NCBI RefSeq assembly: GCF_006345805.1
Contig: NC_043012.1
Location: forward strand, 13,268,001-13,332,000
Source of the DNA: Octopus sinensis
Taxonomy: Eukaryota
Reading direction: 5' to 3'
Length of the DNA: 64,000 nucleotides
Shown: piece by piece, positions 39,816-51,450 of the stretch
Numbering within the stretch: the stretch's first letter is position 1
Layout of the letters: every line of letters begins with the position of its first letter
Notes under the pieces: model-generated
Seen by the model: only the letters and a program-made list of their open reading frames with translations
The model's database searches: none
Told to the model about the DNA's origin: nothing
Program-made: the position numbers and the translations under genes

Positions 39816-40964
39816 CTAAAAACTCGTCACAGCAAAATATATATAAAATACGAAAAGGAATATAACAATTGTTGACAAAAATATTTTGTCTAGCTTCTGA
39901 TAGTTTATAAAATGTCTTTTAGAAATATTTACATCTCTTACTTCAGTATTATGTTCATCTGAGGTTTCTATGACACCAACTCTATTTCTGGATCCTTTGG
40001 ATTCTCGTGTAATTTCTGGAGTTAAATTGATGTCTGCTCCAGTCTGTTGAGCATAAAGTTTACACACAAATACCGATTCGATAGAGGAACATCCACTGAC
40101 AAATGTCAGAATCAAAAGATATATTAGATATAAAGAGGGATCCTGTGAATTATTGCCCAATATTTTTTCAGTTTCAGAAAGGAAAACGATGTTTGTAAGA
40201 AAAATAGTTATTGCAGCACAAACTTTCTCTCCAGATGCAGCTGGCAATAAATGAACGGAAAGGATCAATAATTTTAACATTATTGGGGGTATAATTTTTG
40301 TTATTGTTGCACTGCTAACCTTTCTCTTGCCGTGAACTGTAAGACCAACTGCCATAACATCCTCAGTTTCCTTCTCTGTCTCAGTAAAGGTGAAATCCCA
40401 TTGATTTGATTTAGTTTTCAATTTTATATCAATATCAAATTCCTCTATCATTACGTCCATAAACATCTGATGATCAAGGCAAACAGATACATCACATTCG
40501 TGCACATCAAAAGGATAATTTTTAACGTTAATCCTGCAGTATGTTTTAAATATTTTGTCTATATGTAAGTGAACGAACCCATCTTGTTTGACAGTGACTT
40601 CCTTGTACGGATCGAAACTGAAATCACCTGATACGGTATTACATATTTGAATATTGGGATGCCAAATATCAGATAAGTAAGCATCTATATGGCTTTGAGT
40701 ATAATTTGAATCACTCCATTTCAGATTCTTGTCCTGCCATTTTATGCCGAGATTCAGATGACTTACGAGAATACCTTGCTTAATGTCTAATCCCATAATA
40801 TTCTTTATGACAAGTGTCACATTTAGGCTTAATTCGGTCTCATTCGCAGCAACAGGTGTAATTTTCTTATCATAGTTTTTGAGTACTTCACGTCCCAAGT
40901 AATAATAATCTTCTGTAGAAGCGCTTCCAATTGATATAACAATTAAGGCAACTATCAATTTCAT
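39816..40964 (-). CDS. Cys-loop ligand-gated cation channel, cephalopod chemotactile receptor (CR)-like, copy A, 382 aa
   Basis: Signal peptide MKLIVALIVISIGSAS, WxPxI motif (IWHPNI), Cys-loop C-x13-C (CRINVKNYPFDVHEC), four hydrophobic helices, PAASGEK before M2, short M3-M4 loop. No vicinal loop-C cysteines, uninterrupted CDS, tandem copy nearby. The start is placed at Met45 of ORF 39816-41096 because it begins the signal peptide. Confidence 0.93.
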   Translation of the reverse strand: MKLIVALIVISIGSASTEDYYYLGREVLKNYDKKITPVAANETELSLNVTLVIKNIMGLDIKQGILVSHLNLGIKWQDKNLKWSDSNYTQSHIDAYLSDIWHPNIQICNTVSGDFSFDPYKEVTVKQDGFVHLHIDKIFKTYCRINVKNYPFDVHECDVSVCLDHQMFMDVMIEEFDIDIKLKTKSNQWDFTFTETEKETEDVMAVGLTVHGKRKVSSATITKIIPPIMLKLLILSVHLLPAASGEKVCAAITIFLTNIVFLSETEKILGNNSQDPSLYLIYLLILTFVSGCSSIESVFVCKLYAQQTGADINLTPEITRESKGSRNRVGVIETSDEHNTEVRDVNISKRHFINYQKLDKIFLSTIVIFLFVFYIYFAVTSF

Positions 40965-41622
40965 GATGAATAATTGAATGGGAATATTTCTCTCTATTCC
41001 TCCCTTGGATGTTAAACGTCTGAATGTCTCAAAGTACGTATATTGCGCCCTGCTGAATATTTCCTTAATAAATTTGAAAGCACGGGATTTTTTCACAGGT
41101 GCTCTAAAATAAAAGTATTGTCAAACAGATTGTTTATGAGATATATAAGCGTTGTATATAATTTCTCTAGAAATTTATAATATAAGTTTAAATTAGCTTG
41201 CCTTTCCTCTGACGGTCTAAGTTTATGAAATGGAAACAGAAAGTGGTTTATATATTTAAGCATGCCATATCATGAATGTTTTCAGGTATCATCACTTCCA
41301 GATCTGTGTAGCAGTACAGATTACATTCAAATGTATGAAGCAATGTTCATGATTTCCGGACGTACCTAGCAGTGTTGTACGAACTATTAATTTCTTCAAG
41401 TAAACACCTTTAAATAGAGTATACTATTTCTTTCTAGTCTCCCTCTCTCTACCTACCTTTCTCTTTATTCCTCTCTATCTATCTATTTATCTATCTATCT
41501 ATATATATATATATATATATATCTTTTTTCCTCTGTCCCTCTCTGTCTCTCTCTGTCTGTCTCTCTGTCTCTCTTTCTCTCTCTCTGTTTTTCTGTCCCT
41601 CTATCTCTCTATCTATATCACC

Positions 41623-41653
<31 letters not shown>

Positions 41654-42083
41654 ACTGTCTCTCTCTGTCTGTCTGTCTGTCTCTCCCTCTCTTTCCCTCT
41701 CTTTGTCGAATACATCTTTTATCCTTTTCTTATATATACTATGTCATTTGAGACAGTTAAGTGTTAGTTTTCCCAAAAGGTTAAACATGATCGGACACGC
41801 CGAAATTATCAACTCTTGTTTGGTTAAGCACAAAAACAATAACTAAACTTGTTGCTAACCACTGGGTTTTCATCATTTCACATTGAACGGTAGTTGTCAT
41901 CACGAGTCTTTCTTTAATATATTAACTTTCACTTTTTCACTCGCTAACTCTGGTGATTAAAAATTTCGCCTATTGTAATATTATAATGCTCGACGTTTCA
42001 ACTTCACTATCAAAGTGACTGCTATGTTGAGTGCATTCGATAAACAATATATATAGATATATATATTCATATACATGCATACA

Positions 42084-42145
<62 letters not shown>

Positions 42146-42148
42146 CAC

Positions 42149-42190
<42 letters not shown>

Positions 42191-42220
42191 TAGACATATA
42201 CATACATACATACATATATT

Positions 42221-42251
<31 letters not shown>

Positions 42252-42419
42252 GTATGTATATGTATATATATATATATACATAAATACGTGCAGATTACGA
42301 TGAGTAAATTGTCACCATCTTATATTTTAATGTCGTGCTTGCGCATTATTTTTACTATTCTGTCAACTACTCAGTGTTGTAGGGTCCGTTGGGCACCGTA
42401 CGTTAGAATAATAGCACCA

Positions 42420-42680
42420 TGACGCACATCATGCTGCCAGAAAATTGGAAACGACATGCTGTATTGCCAGACAATTGTGGCGAATGTTTCAAAACGAATA
42501 TTTCATAGTTTTTGTGTTTGAATCCGATGCCAGTGCAATCTGAGGACGTGTACCGAGAGTGATAAAAATCAAACGTCCGGTCTACATAATGTTGTTTATA
42601 GTGATCACTAGTGATGGCGATGTTATGCTTTCATTCATCTTCCCAAACAGCCTTTTACTCAAAAGTCACTGAGGTGATTT
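42420..42680 (+). mobile_element. maT-type transposase remnant
   Basis: MLPENWKRHAVL and IKIKRPVYIMLFIVITSDGDVML, related to the 7298-8762 element. Confidence 0.65.
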
Positions 42681-42699
42681 CATTTTGATTAAATCTTTT

Positions 42700-43250
42700 T
42701 TCCTTATAAATAGGTGTGTGACATTTTAATCGAATATAGTGGAAATAATGGAAATTTATTTTTATTAGTCCTTTCTTGTCATACCTGGAAAATGGAATAT
42801 TTTAAATGGCGTATGAAAAATAAGCTTTAAACTGGCGTACATTTTCAACTATACCCATCCGTGCCCTTCCAAACTATGTTCCATATATGCTGTAAGGATG
42901 TCAGAGCCATTATCCCTGATTATGCTAGTATCCTTCACCTTTAATTGCTGACATTATTTTTTGACATAGAACTACTCTTTTAGGTATCCCCACAACAAGT
43001 CGTCTGGGCTGGTCAAGTCTTGGGAATGTGATGGCCAGTTGACATTGCAGTAGCGAGAGTTGATTCTTTCTCTAAGGCATTACCTCTGTAACCGTATTAT
43101 TTTTCTTACGTTACGACCCGGGGCCCCATCTTGGTAGAAGTAAACATCGGGCGTATTTTGAATGGCCGAGCGGCATGAGCTCTCGGTTGCGGACCTGTAT
43201 CGCTAACCAGTGACAGTCACAACATTTCCATAGTTGTGGAAAAATATATG
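42700..43250 (-). mobile_element. Tc1/mariner (rosa/DD41D-like) transposase remnant
   Basis: Minus strand YFYQDGAP and NWPSHSQDLTSPD.LLWGYLKE (cf. WPPRSPDLTPxDFFLWGYLK). Confidence 0.6.
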
Positions 43251-44319
43251 ATAAAATTAATAAAGTATAAATCTTGTGTAGAATATTCTTTGGTGGTTAA
43301 ATATGAAGGAAAGAAAAATAGATAATCTCCAATATGTAATTTGGATGTAAATGAAGAACCTGGAGTAAAAAACAAACGAAACTTGTATCGAAACAATAAA
43401 AAAAGCAGGTTATATCAAAGACAAGCATCAAAATTTACATACCTGTTGACAAATATTGTGTTGGTGATCACTGTCTACAAATTAAGAATTTCGAAGAGTG
43501 TCAGAAAAATATTGGAATCCGTTTTTCGTTGCAGTATAGATTGCTTTTGGAATACGAGAAAATATTTTCACTTAAAAGACAAAACAAAAAAAAACAGCAT
43601 CATCTCATAAAATCTGAGCACGATTCATGTTATAGATCCTAACATTTTCTAAATTAGACCACTGTATTTCAGAACTCCGATGTAAGTTTTCTTTGTATGG
43701 TATTTGCAATATGTATTTTAGCACAATAATGTGTCCCATGTAAAGAGTAGCATTCGTGGTCTTTACAAATAAATTTACGTCTGCTATGATGTATTTGATT
43801 AGCTATATAGAAGCAAAAGCTCACATATTTGTAATGCTATTAAATAATAAGATTATATTCAGTTATGTTTTAGAAATAAGTTTGTAAATAATTTGTATAG
43901 ATGAATCTATGCAACATGACAAGTTTTTGTGCCCATCTACACAATTTGTTCACAACGCTTTGACAATACGAATAAAATACATACTAGATTTAAAAGTATA
44001 TGCAGGGACAATAATATGTATTAAAATCGAACGGCGGTGCTCCAACATCACTTGCGACCATATTCGTGAAACAAGGAAGAATAAAAGGCATAATACAGAA
44101 TGTTAAAAAATTCTCTCTGCAGTGAATTTTCTCTTCTCCAAGATGAATTTCAAAACATGTGTAGAAGATTCAACTTATGTACTGAAAATAAAGGACAACA
44201 CTTATACGATCCTATAAATATTCATTTTGCAATAATGTACTTCCTGACGAAGGACATTTCTGTACACCCTATCAAAAAACTAATGTTGCCTACGTTGCCT
44301 GGTGAATGACTAATCCATT

Positions 44320-44630
44320 ACATTGAATCCAGTGTTTCGCTGGTACTTAATTATCAACCGCGAAGAGAAGAAAGGCGAAATCGACCTCCGCAGAATTTTG
44401 AACACGAAACATAGCAACGGGCAAAATATTTACTCGATTTATTTTAGCGGCCTAATGCTTCTGCCAGCTCACCGCCATAAAAGAATACAATAAACCATTC
44501 TAGTAAAAATATAAGAACTGAAAATTAAGGGAGGGATAGTCGATTACAACGACACCAGTATTCAACCGATACTTAAGCATCTTGTCCGGCAGTCGAACGA
44601 TTCTGCTATTTCGCCGCCTTAAAAGAATAC
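44320..44630 (-). mobile_element. Two degenerate tRNA-derived SINE remnants
   Basis: ggtacttaattatc...aaaggcgaaatcgacctccgcagaattt...ctgccagctcaccgcc matches the 14248-14475 family. Confidence 0.6.
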
Positions 44631-45604
44631 AATAATATTACCAGAATCACAACATGACCAGATATTATTGATGCAAAAACTTGTTACCTGAATTTTGAAA
44701 TGTAAGCAGACATATAAAGAAATTTAAAATATTTTGGTCGTATCTGTGCTTTTCAACCGCTTATTGTATATCATTATTTATTGGTCTTATCACATAGTAG
44801 GAAATAGATTTCTTTTTCAAACGTATTAATAAATTTCACACTAGAAATATCACGTAACTTCGTTAGATATGTTTGCAAACATAACGCTATCTTTTTAAAT
44901 CTTGGTTTATAATAAACATATGTAATGATACAGAAGATGCATTTGATTAAAGAATGATTCACGTACAAATATTATGAAATATGTGTGTGGCACTTGTACG
45001 TGGAAATGAAATCTATTATTTCTACAAAGTAAAAGGACAGCAATGCAGCAGTATCGTTCGTACGCCAAACAAAACGCCCATTGGCATTTTCCCATCTAGA
45101 CGCTCCGAAACAATGTGAACTGTGGCATTCATAATTTTGAGATCGCTCAAACAGTACCAGTTAAACGCTAGAGTTTCTGTCACTCACGTCTTCCTCCTTT
45201 CAAAAATTGCTGACCTTTTGCCATAAGTTTAAACCATTATTTATTCAAGATTATGAATTGTATACATAGAGATTTATATTGAAGAGCATATGAAATATGT
45301 GTAAGTGAATGTGACATCAGATATAGATGACTATATTTGAACAGAGTGAATAGAAAATACAAAACTAGTGCAAGAAGACCCTTCATTATTTTAGCGCTAC
45401 AATGACTATAAATAATGGAGGATTTGTCTGGATACTTTCTGACTAAATAAATATATATGTCGTAATAACCTTTGCAAATATCAGACAATAATATGTTGCA
45501 AGAGTTATGACTATTGCATACCACCAGTTAATAACTATGAATGTACATTAGAACAATTGATGTGTTATTGATTGAACATACGTTATATATATATATGTAT
45601 ACAT

Positions 45605-45677
<73 letters not shown>

Positions 45678-45683
45678 ATGGAG

Positions 45684-45735
<52 letters not shown>

Positions 45736-45759
45736 ATATATATTTATATATATATATGT

Positions 45760-45925
45760 GTATAACGGGAAGGTTTACGAAAATAAACAAAAGACGAAGG
45801 CATGTGGCGTACAAGCAAACAAACGTATTAGTATGGCGCTCAGGAATAGAAATAGAACAAGTATTTTACGTTTCGAGCCTGCGCTCTTCGACAGAAGGAT
45901 TCACAGAAAAGAAACAAGGAGAGAA

Positions 45926-45930
<5 letters not shown>
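45760..45930 (-). mobile_element. Short Penelope-derived repeat with a degenerate hammerhead-like motif
   Basis: Homologous to 7105-7290. Minus strand CTGTCGA-a-gagcgcaggctc-GAAA-cg-TA at ~45863-45898. Confidence 0.55.
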
Positions 45931-45959
<29 letters not shown>

Positions 45960-46653
45960 TACACAGTTTCCAAAACGTATAAGTAACCGATATCATAACA
46001 CTCCACTAGAATGGAATTCTAATGAGCATCAGTGTCCCTTCTTTAGGATCGAGTGTACTCGTGAATTATGAAAAGAAAGGATTGCTTTACGAACACAACG
46101 CCCAAAATTAGGGCACTTTAATGTATCGAAACATTAGTACTTATCACTAAATGACAACATGTCTGAAAATAAAAGTTCTATGATGCGTTGGAATTGGCAT
46201 GATGGGACATGTTTTTATGTGGTTTTATGGGCGTATATGTGTGTAGAATTTTGCAAGAGTGAAAGACTCCGGTCGTAGAGGAGTAGAGATTTGAACTGTT
46301 ATGGTTTGTATGTATGTTTTCGTGTGTGACGTGGTAAGCGGGGATTTAGGATTTAGGAGTGAGCCCGACTATGTCTGTTTGACGAGAAACACAGAAAGTG
46401 GTTTTGAAGTCTAGGCCTGCGTATGACACGGTATTGTATAGAATTAGTGCATGCAAAATGGAAAATAAAGCGATAATGGATGGGCGTTCATTGAAGGGAG
46501 ACAAAGAATTAAGACAAGATTAGTTCCTTGGATAAGCGTGGCAACCTTGTCAAGTTGCTTTTCTGCAAATCATGTGCCCAGTGTAAATTTGAAAGTACAA
46601 TAAATGTCTTAGAATCATTTCCTTGTTTTAGCAAACTCTTTAATTAATTATCA

Positions 46654-47006
46654 TCTCTCTATATATAAACGGCAAAATGTTTGTCTGTTTGTGTGTGGGG
46701 GTGTCCTTCTCACAAATCCACAATTTTTCAGTTAGAGTACTCGCACTTTCTATGATCATTCAAAACCGTCCAAGGGTGGTCGTGCACATCTTTACATTTC
46801 CCCAGTCACCACGCAAAGCCATTAAAAAATCAATAGAAGTGACTTTTTTGTGAATTTTCTATCGAAGACCCTATCAAAATGCATGAAACGTGATACGCAA
46901 AATTGAATGCCAGCTAGCTGTATGTGATTGGTCGGAGATTTGGACAGTACTCGCGTGTAAGTGTGCACGCAGCTGTATATGCACGCACTAGCACTATGAC
47001 CCGACG
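46654..47006 (+). mobile_element. Helitron-like insertion private to copy B (atypical 3' end)
   Basis: Starts tctctctatatataaacggca, identical to the 30003 Helitron, and sits at an A|T site. The empty site taattatca|tataggat is in copy A (~39062-39077). It ends ...gacccgacg rather than CTAG. Confidence 0.7.
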
Positions 47007-47787
47007 TATAGGATATAAAGTGAGTGACATGATGTCGACTACTAGCTTTATATTGAATGCATATATTTTATACATAAAATCCAATGCGCATCACTATTTT
47101 CTTTTATGCCTTTGCGGTGCCTAAAACGAGGAGATATTTAATAAGGATTTCGAAATAAACTATTTTGAATATAATCAAAGGACAGATCCGTCTTTGCCAA
47201 ATTCATCATCCTTCTTTTATTTATTTTGTATTATTTAAATTTAAATGTTATAATTTAATGTAGCATAGTATGTCAAACTTGAGGTGAAGAAAGATCTGTT
47301 GTTTTACAAAATTATTTTAAAAGCGTACCAGACATTGTGCAAAAAGCCGGTGTATTCGAAATTCACTTGTCTGCGTCAACTCTTCAAATGGTTCTTAGAT
47401 AAAACATAGAATGTATGTGCATTGAGTTAGGTTTTTGTTAGTTACTTCCGCTTCGCTTACGCGCACATGTTGTTGTAGTTGCTTGACATAGTGTTTTGTA
47501 TGTTTGCTAAATTACAGGAAAGCGGCTGCAAAGATTTTCACCACATTAGGTGAGAGGTTCGAACTCATTAAATCTTGATTTATCTTCAAAACTGGTGGAC
47601 ATAGGCGTAAACGATAAGGAAAGGAAATAATTCTTGATGTCGTTTTGTTGAATTATAAATTCTGCTGAGAAGGTATATTTTTAATGAAATTTTGTTTTAA
47701 CTATGTGTGTACGCAGGGTCTGCATTGCCTCTCTGATGCCTTATTATTTTAATAGAAAAGTATCAGACTACTCTTTTCTGAGTCTTA

Positions 47788-48936
47788 CTAAGAACTCGAC
47801 ACAGCAAAAAATATATAAAATACTAAAAGGAATATAACAATTGTTGACAAAAATATTTTGTCTAGCTTCTGATAGTTTATAAAATGTCTTTTAGAAATAT
47901 TTACATCTCTTACTTCAATATTATGTCCATCTGAGGTTTCTATGACACTAACCCTATTTCTGGATCTTTTGGATTCACGTGTAATTTCTGGAGTTAAATT
48001 GATGTCTGCTCCAGTCTGTTGGGCATAAAGTTTACACACAAATACCGATTCGATAGAGGAACATCCACTGACAAATGTCAGAATTAAAAGATATATTAGA
48101 TATAAAGAGGGATCCTGTGAATTATTGCCCAATATTTTTTCAGTTTCAGAAAGGAAAACGATGTTTGTAAGAAAAATAGTTATTGCAGCACACACTTTCT
48201 CTCCAGATGCAGCTGGCAATAAATGAACGGAAAGGATCAATAATGTTAACATTATTGGGGGTATAATTTTTGTTATTGTTGCACTGCTAACCTTTCTCTT
48301 GCCGTGAAGTGTAAGACCAACTGCCATAACATCCTTAGTTTCCTTCTCAGTCTCAGTAAAAGTGAAATCCCATTGATTTGATTTAGCTTTCAATTTTATA
48401 TCAAAATCAAAATCCTCTATAATTACGTCCATAAATATCTGATGATCAAGGCAAACAGATACATCACATTCGTGCACATCAAAAGGATAATATTTAACGT
48501 TAATCCTGCAGTATATTTTAAATATTTTGTCTATATGTAAGTGAACGAACCCATCTTGTTTGACAGTGACTTCCTTGTACGGATCGAAACTGAAATCACC
48601 TGATACGGTATTACATATTTGAATATCGGGATACCAAATTTCAGATAAGTAAGCCTCTCTATGTCTTTGTGTAAATTTTGAATAATCCCATTTCAGATTA
48701 TTATCCTGCCATTTTATGCCGAGATTCAGATGACTTACGAGAATACCTTGCTTCATGTCTAATTCCAGAATATTCTTTATGACAAGTGTCACATTTAGGC
48801 TTAATTCGGTTTCATTCGCAGCAACAGGTGTCATTTTTTTATCATAGCCTTTGTTATATTCACCTTCCATGTAATAATAATCTTCTGTAGAAGCGCTTCC
48901 AATTGATATAACAATTAAGGCAACTATCAATTTCAT
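47788..48936 (-). CDS. Cys-loop ligand-gated cation channel, cephalopod chemotactile receptor (CR)-like, copy B, 382 aa
   Basis: Same architecture as copy A (signal peptide, CRINVKYYPFDVHEC Cys-loop, GEK, four TMs, intact frame). The start is Met21 of ORF 47788-48996. Confidence 0.93.
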   Translation of the reverse strand: MKLIVALIVISIGSASTEDYYYMEGEYNKGYDKKMTPVAANETELSLNVTLVIKNILELDMKQGILVSHLNLGIKWQDNNLKWDYSKFTQRHREAYLSEIWYPDIQICNTVSGDFSFDPYKEVTVKQDGFVHLHIDKIFKIYCRINVKYYPFDVHECDVSVCLDHQIFMDVIIEDFDFDIKLKAKSNQWDFTFTETEKETKDVMAVGLTLHGKRKVSSATITKIIPPIMLTLLILSVHLLPAASGEKVCAAITIFLTNIVFLSETEKILGNNSQDPSLYLIYLLILTFVSGCSSIESVFVCKLYAQQTGADINLTPEITRESKRSRNRVSVIETSDGHNIEVRDVNISKRHFINYQKLDKIFLSTIVIFLLVFYIFFAVSSS

Positions 48937-49478
48937 GATGAATAATTGAATGGAAATATTCCGCTTTATTCCTCCCTTGGATGTTAAACGTCTCAATGTC
49001 TCAAAGTACGTATATTATGCACTACTGAATATTTCCTTAATATATTTGGAAGCACAGGATTTTTTAACAGGTGCTGTTAAATAAAAGTATTGTCAAACAG
49101 ATTGTTTATGGGATATATAAGCGTTGTATATAATTTCTCTAGAAATTTATAAAATAAGTTTAATTTAGCTTGCCTTTCCTCTGACGGTCTATGTTTATGA
49201 AATGGAAACAGAAAGTGGTTTATATATTTCAGCATGCCAGATCGGTGTAGCAGTATAGATTATATTCAAATGTCTGAAGCAATGTTGATGATTTCCGGGC
49301 GTGCCTAGCAGTGTTGTATTTTAGTATTAACTTCTGTACTTAAAAGCCTTTAAATAAAGTATACTATTTCTTTCTAGTCTGCCCCTCTCTACCTACCTTT
49401 CTCTTTATTCCTCTCTATCTATCTTTCTTCCTCTATTCCTCTCTGCCTCTCTTAGTCTGTGTCTCTCTTTCTCTCTCA

Positions 49479-49517
<39 letters not shown>

Positions 49518-49910
49518 TCTTTCCCTCTCTTTGTCGAATACATCTTTTATCCTTTTCTTATATATACTATGTCATTTGAGACAGTTAAGTGTTAGTTTTC
49601 CCAAAAGGTTAAACATGATCGGACACGCTGAAATTATCTAGTATTGTTTGGTTAAACACAAAAACAATAATTAAACTTGTTGCTAACCACTGGCTGTTAA
49701 TCAATTCATATTGAACGGTAGTTAGTTGTAAGCACGAGTCTTTATTTAAGATCTTAACTTTCACTTTTTTACTCGCTCACACTGCTGATTAAAAATTTCG
49801 CCTATTGTAATATTATAATGCTCGACGTTTCAACTTCAGTATCAAAGTGACTGATATGTTGGGTGCATTCGATAAACAATATATATGTATGTATATATAT
49901 ATATATATAT

Positions 49911-50359
49911 TGATACGAGCAGGTCAGCTGGGAAGCAACTGCCTTGACCTACTTTGCTTGAGGTGGAGACGGGAAGTCTACAATGTAAAGTTAATGTCCT
50001 TTGTTCTGTCGATTCACGAAAGAGTGATGGCTTTTGGAAAGACCCCTGCCCTTTTGCCGGTCAGGGAAGGGTCAAGGAAACTACCCTATAAAAAAGGAGG
50101 AGCTGTGAGCCTGTAAGTTTAGTTCGGCCGGAGAAATTGAGGTGGTAACAAGGCAGATGCGATTACGAAGGAAACGGTCAGAAAGACAGACACACAATCA
50201 TGAGAGATGACAGGCGAGATAGTGACAGTGACATTCTTTGTTTTACTATTTGAAGATATCCATGAGTAGAACATTCATCAGCAGTGGGGAGCCACTCTGT
50301 AGTTTCTATTTCATTAGTTATATAGAATTAAATGTATATTTTCGAGCAATGCTATAACA
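49911..50359 (+). mobile_element. Solo-LTR-like element
   Basis: TGAT...AACA termini, GC-richer than the flanks, TATA-like ctataaaa at ~50086 and attaaa near the 3' end. No clear TSD. Confidence 0.5.
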
Positions 50360-50834
50360 TGATAATACGATAACACACCATAAGTTTAGTCATAGCCTTT
50401 CCTGCTCTATAATATAACTATCGATGTGCAGACACGTGTAGTACTGCATACCTAACTTTAGGATCCTGGCGTGCCCTCTAATGTTTTGTAGAGTTGTTGT
50501 TCTTTTTCTATTGCTCTCAATGAAATTTTAGCATACGAATTTGATTAATGGAAAAGCATTCAAGCAGTATCGTATGAGTGTATTATAAATGCGTTATATA
50601 CCTACAGTTATATCCACAACTACATATGAACCTCTTCCCACTTCAGTAGCTTTCGAGTGTAATTTCGGTAGGAAACTCTGTGGCTGATAGGGCAGCTTCA
50701 GTTTATGACATTTACGTTGAATATGATTCCGTTTCAAGCAGTTTCTAAATGATGAAGCAGATCTGTGTGAATCAAGTTATTCAATTAATGTGACATGCAA
50801 AAGCTATATTGCAGAAAAAATTTGTATACATCAC

Positions 50835-51450
50835 GCTATAATTTGCATATGTCTGTCGAATCGACTTGATTTAAAAGGAAGTATAAAATGGAATCGTTAG
50901 CGAAATATAGTAAAATACAGTGTTTATCGTTGAAATTACACCAGCTTAAATTATTGTTACATGCAACAATTTTGATGCATTTCGAAACAGAAGAAAGCAC
51001 TGGAAGGCTTAATCTTTTGTAAGCTTCCAGGTACAATGCAGTGCAGACAACCAGAAAGGAAATGCATAGAGCTCGTCCTAGAATTAGTGGGTGATATTTT
51101 GAATGACTACTTATTGTAATTCTGCAGTAAATTCTTTGAAAATAATACTAAGTCATCAGGTGATGCTGACTGGTTTTAAATCTAGATAGGCCATATGCAT
51201 TCTAAGACGGCTGATATTGAGAATTGAAAATAAATGGATACAGAAAGCTGAATTTCACATATTATGAACTCCTCCTTTTTCTTTTCAGAAAAAGTTCGAT
51301 GTATTGATGAAGAGTTCAACAGCATTGAAAGCTGTAGTTGGGAAGATATTAGCTGATATGATGGATTGCATACCATCTAAATATTGGAAAAGTTTGATCG
51401 GTATGTTAAGTATTAGCGCCGGCTATCAAAATGCTGACATTATGGCCGCT
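50835..51450 (+). repeat. ~600-bp segment with exon-like pieces, present as a diverged inverted copy at 58590-59195
   Basis: Collinear reverse-complement match. Contains a polypyrimidine-cag acceptor at ~51288, a 112-nt open exon-like stretch and a gtatgt donor at 51401. Confidence 0.8.

Larger units (their letters stand above)
44800..49880. repeat. Segmental duplication copy B (contains CR gene B)
   Basis: See copy A. Homology ends at the microsatellite / LTR-like insertion at ~49890-49911. Confidence 0.92.

Noticed and set aside
40965-41096. N-terminal extensions of the CR ORFs (44 aa in copy A, 20 aa in copy B)
   Set aside because: They begin at non-ATG starts, differ in length between paralogues and precede a clear signal peptide; most likely 5' UTR.
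44907-45095. LAYERYCCI resembling a GPCR DRY motif
   Set aside because: The paralogous position in copy A has a stop in this frame and no flanking TM pattern supports it.
50650-50770. MAM-domain-like FECNF..LCG* pattern
   Set aside because: Several stops in a short stretch and only a vague motif; needs a profile search before any call.
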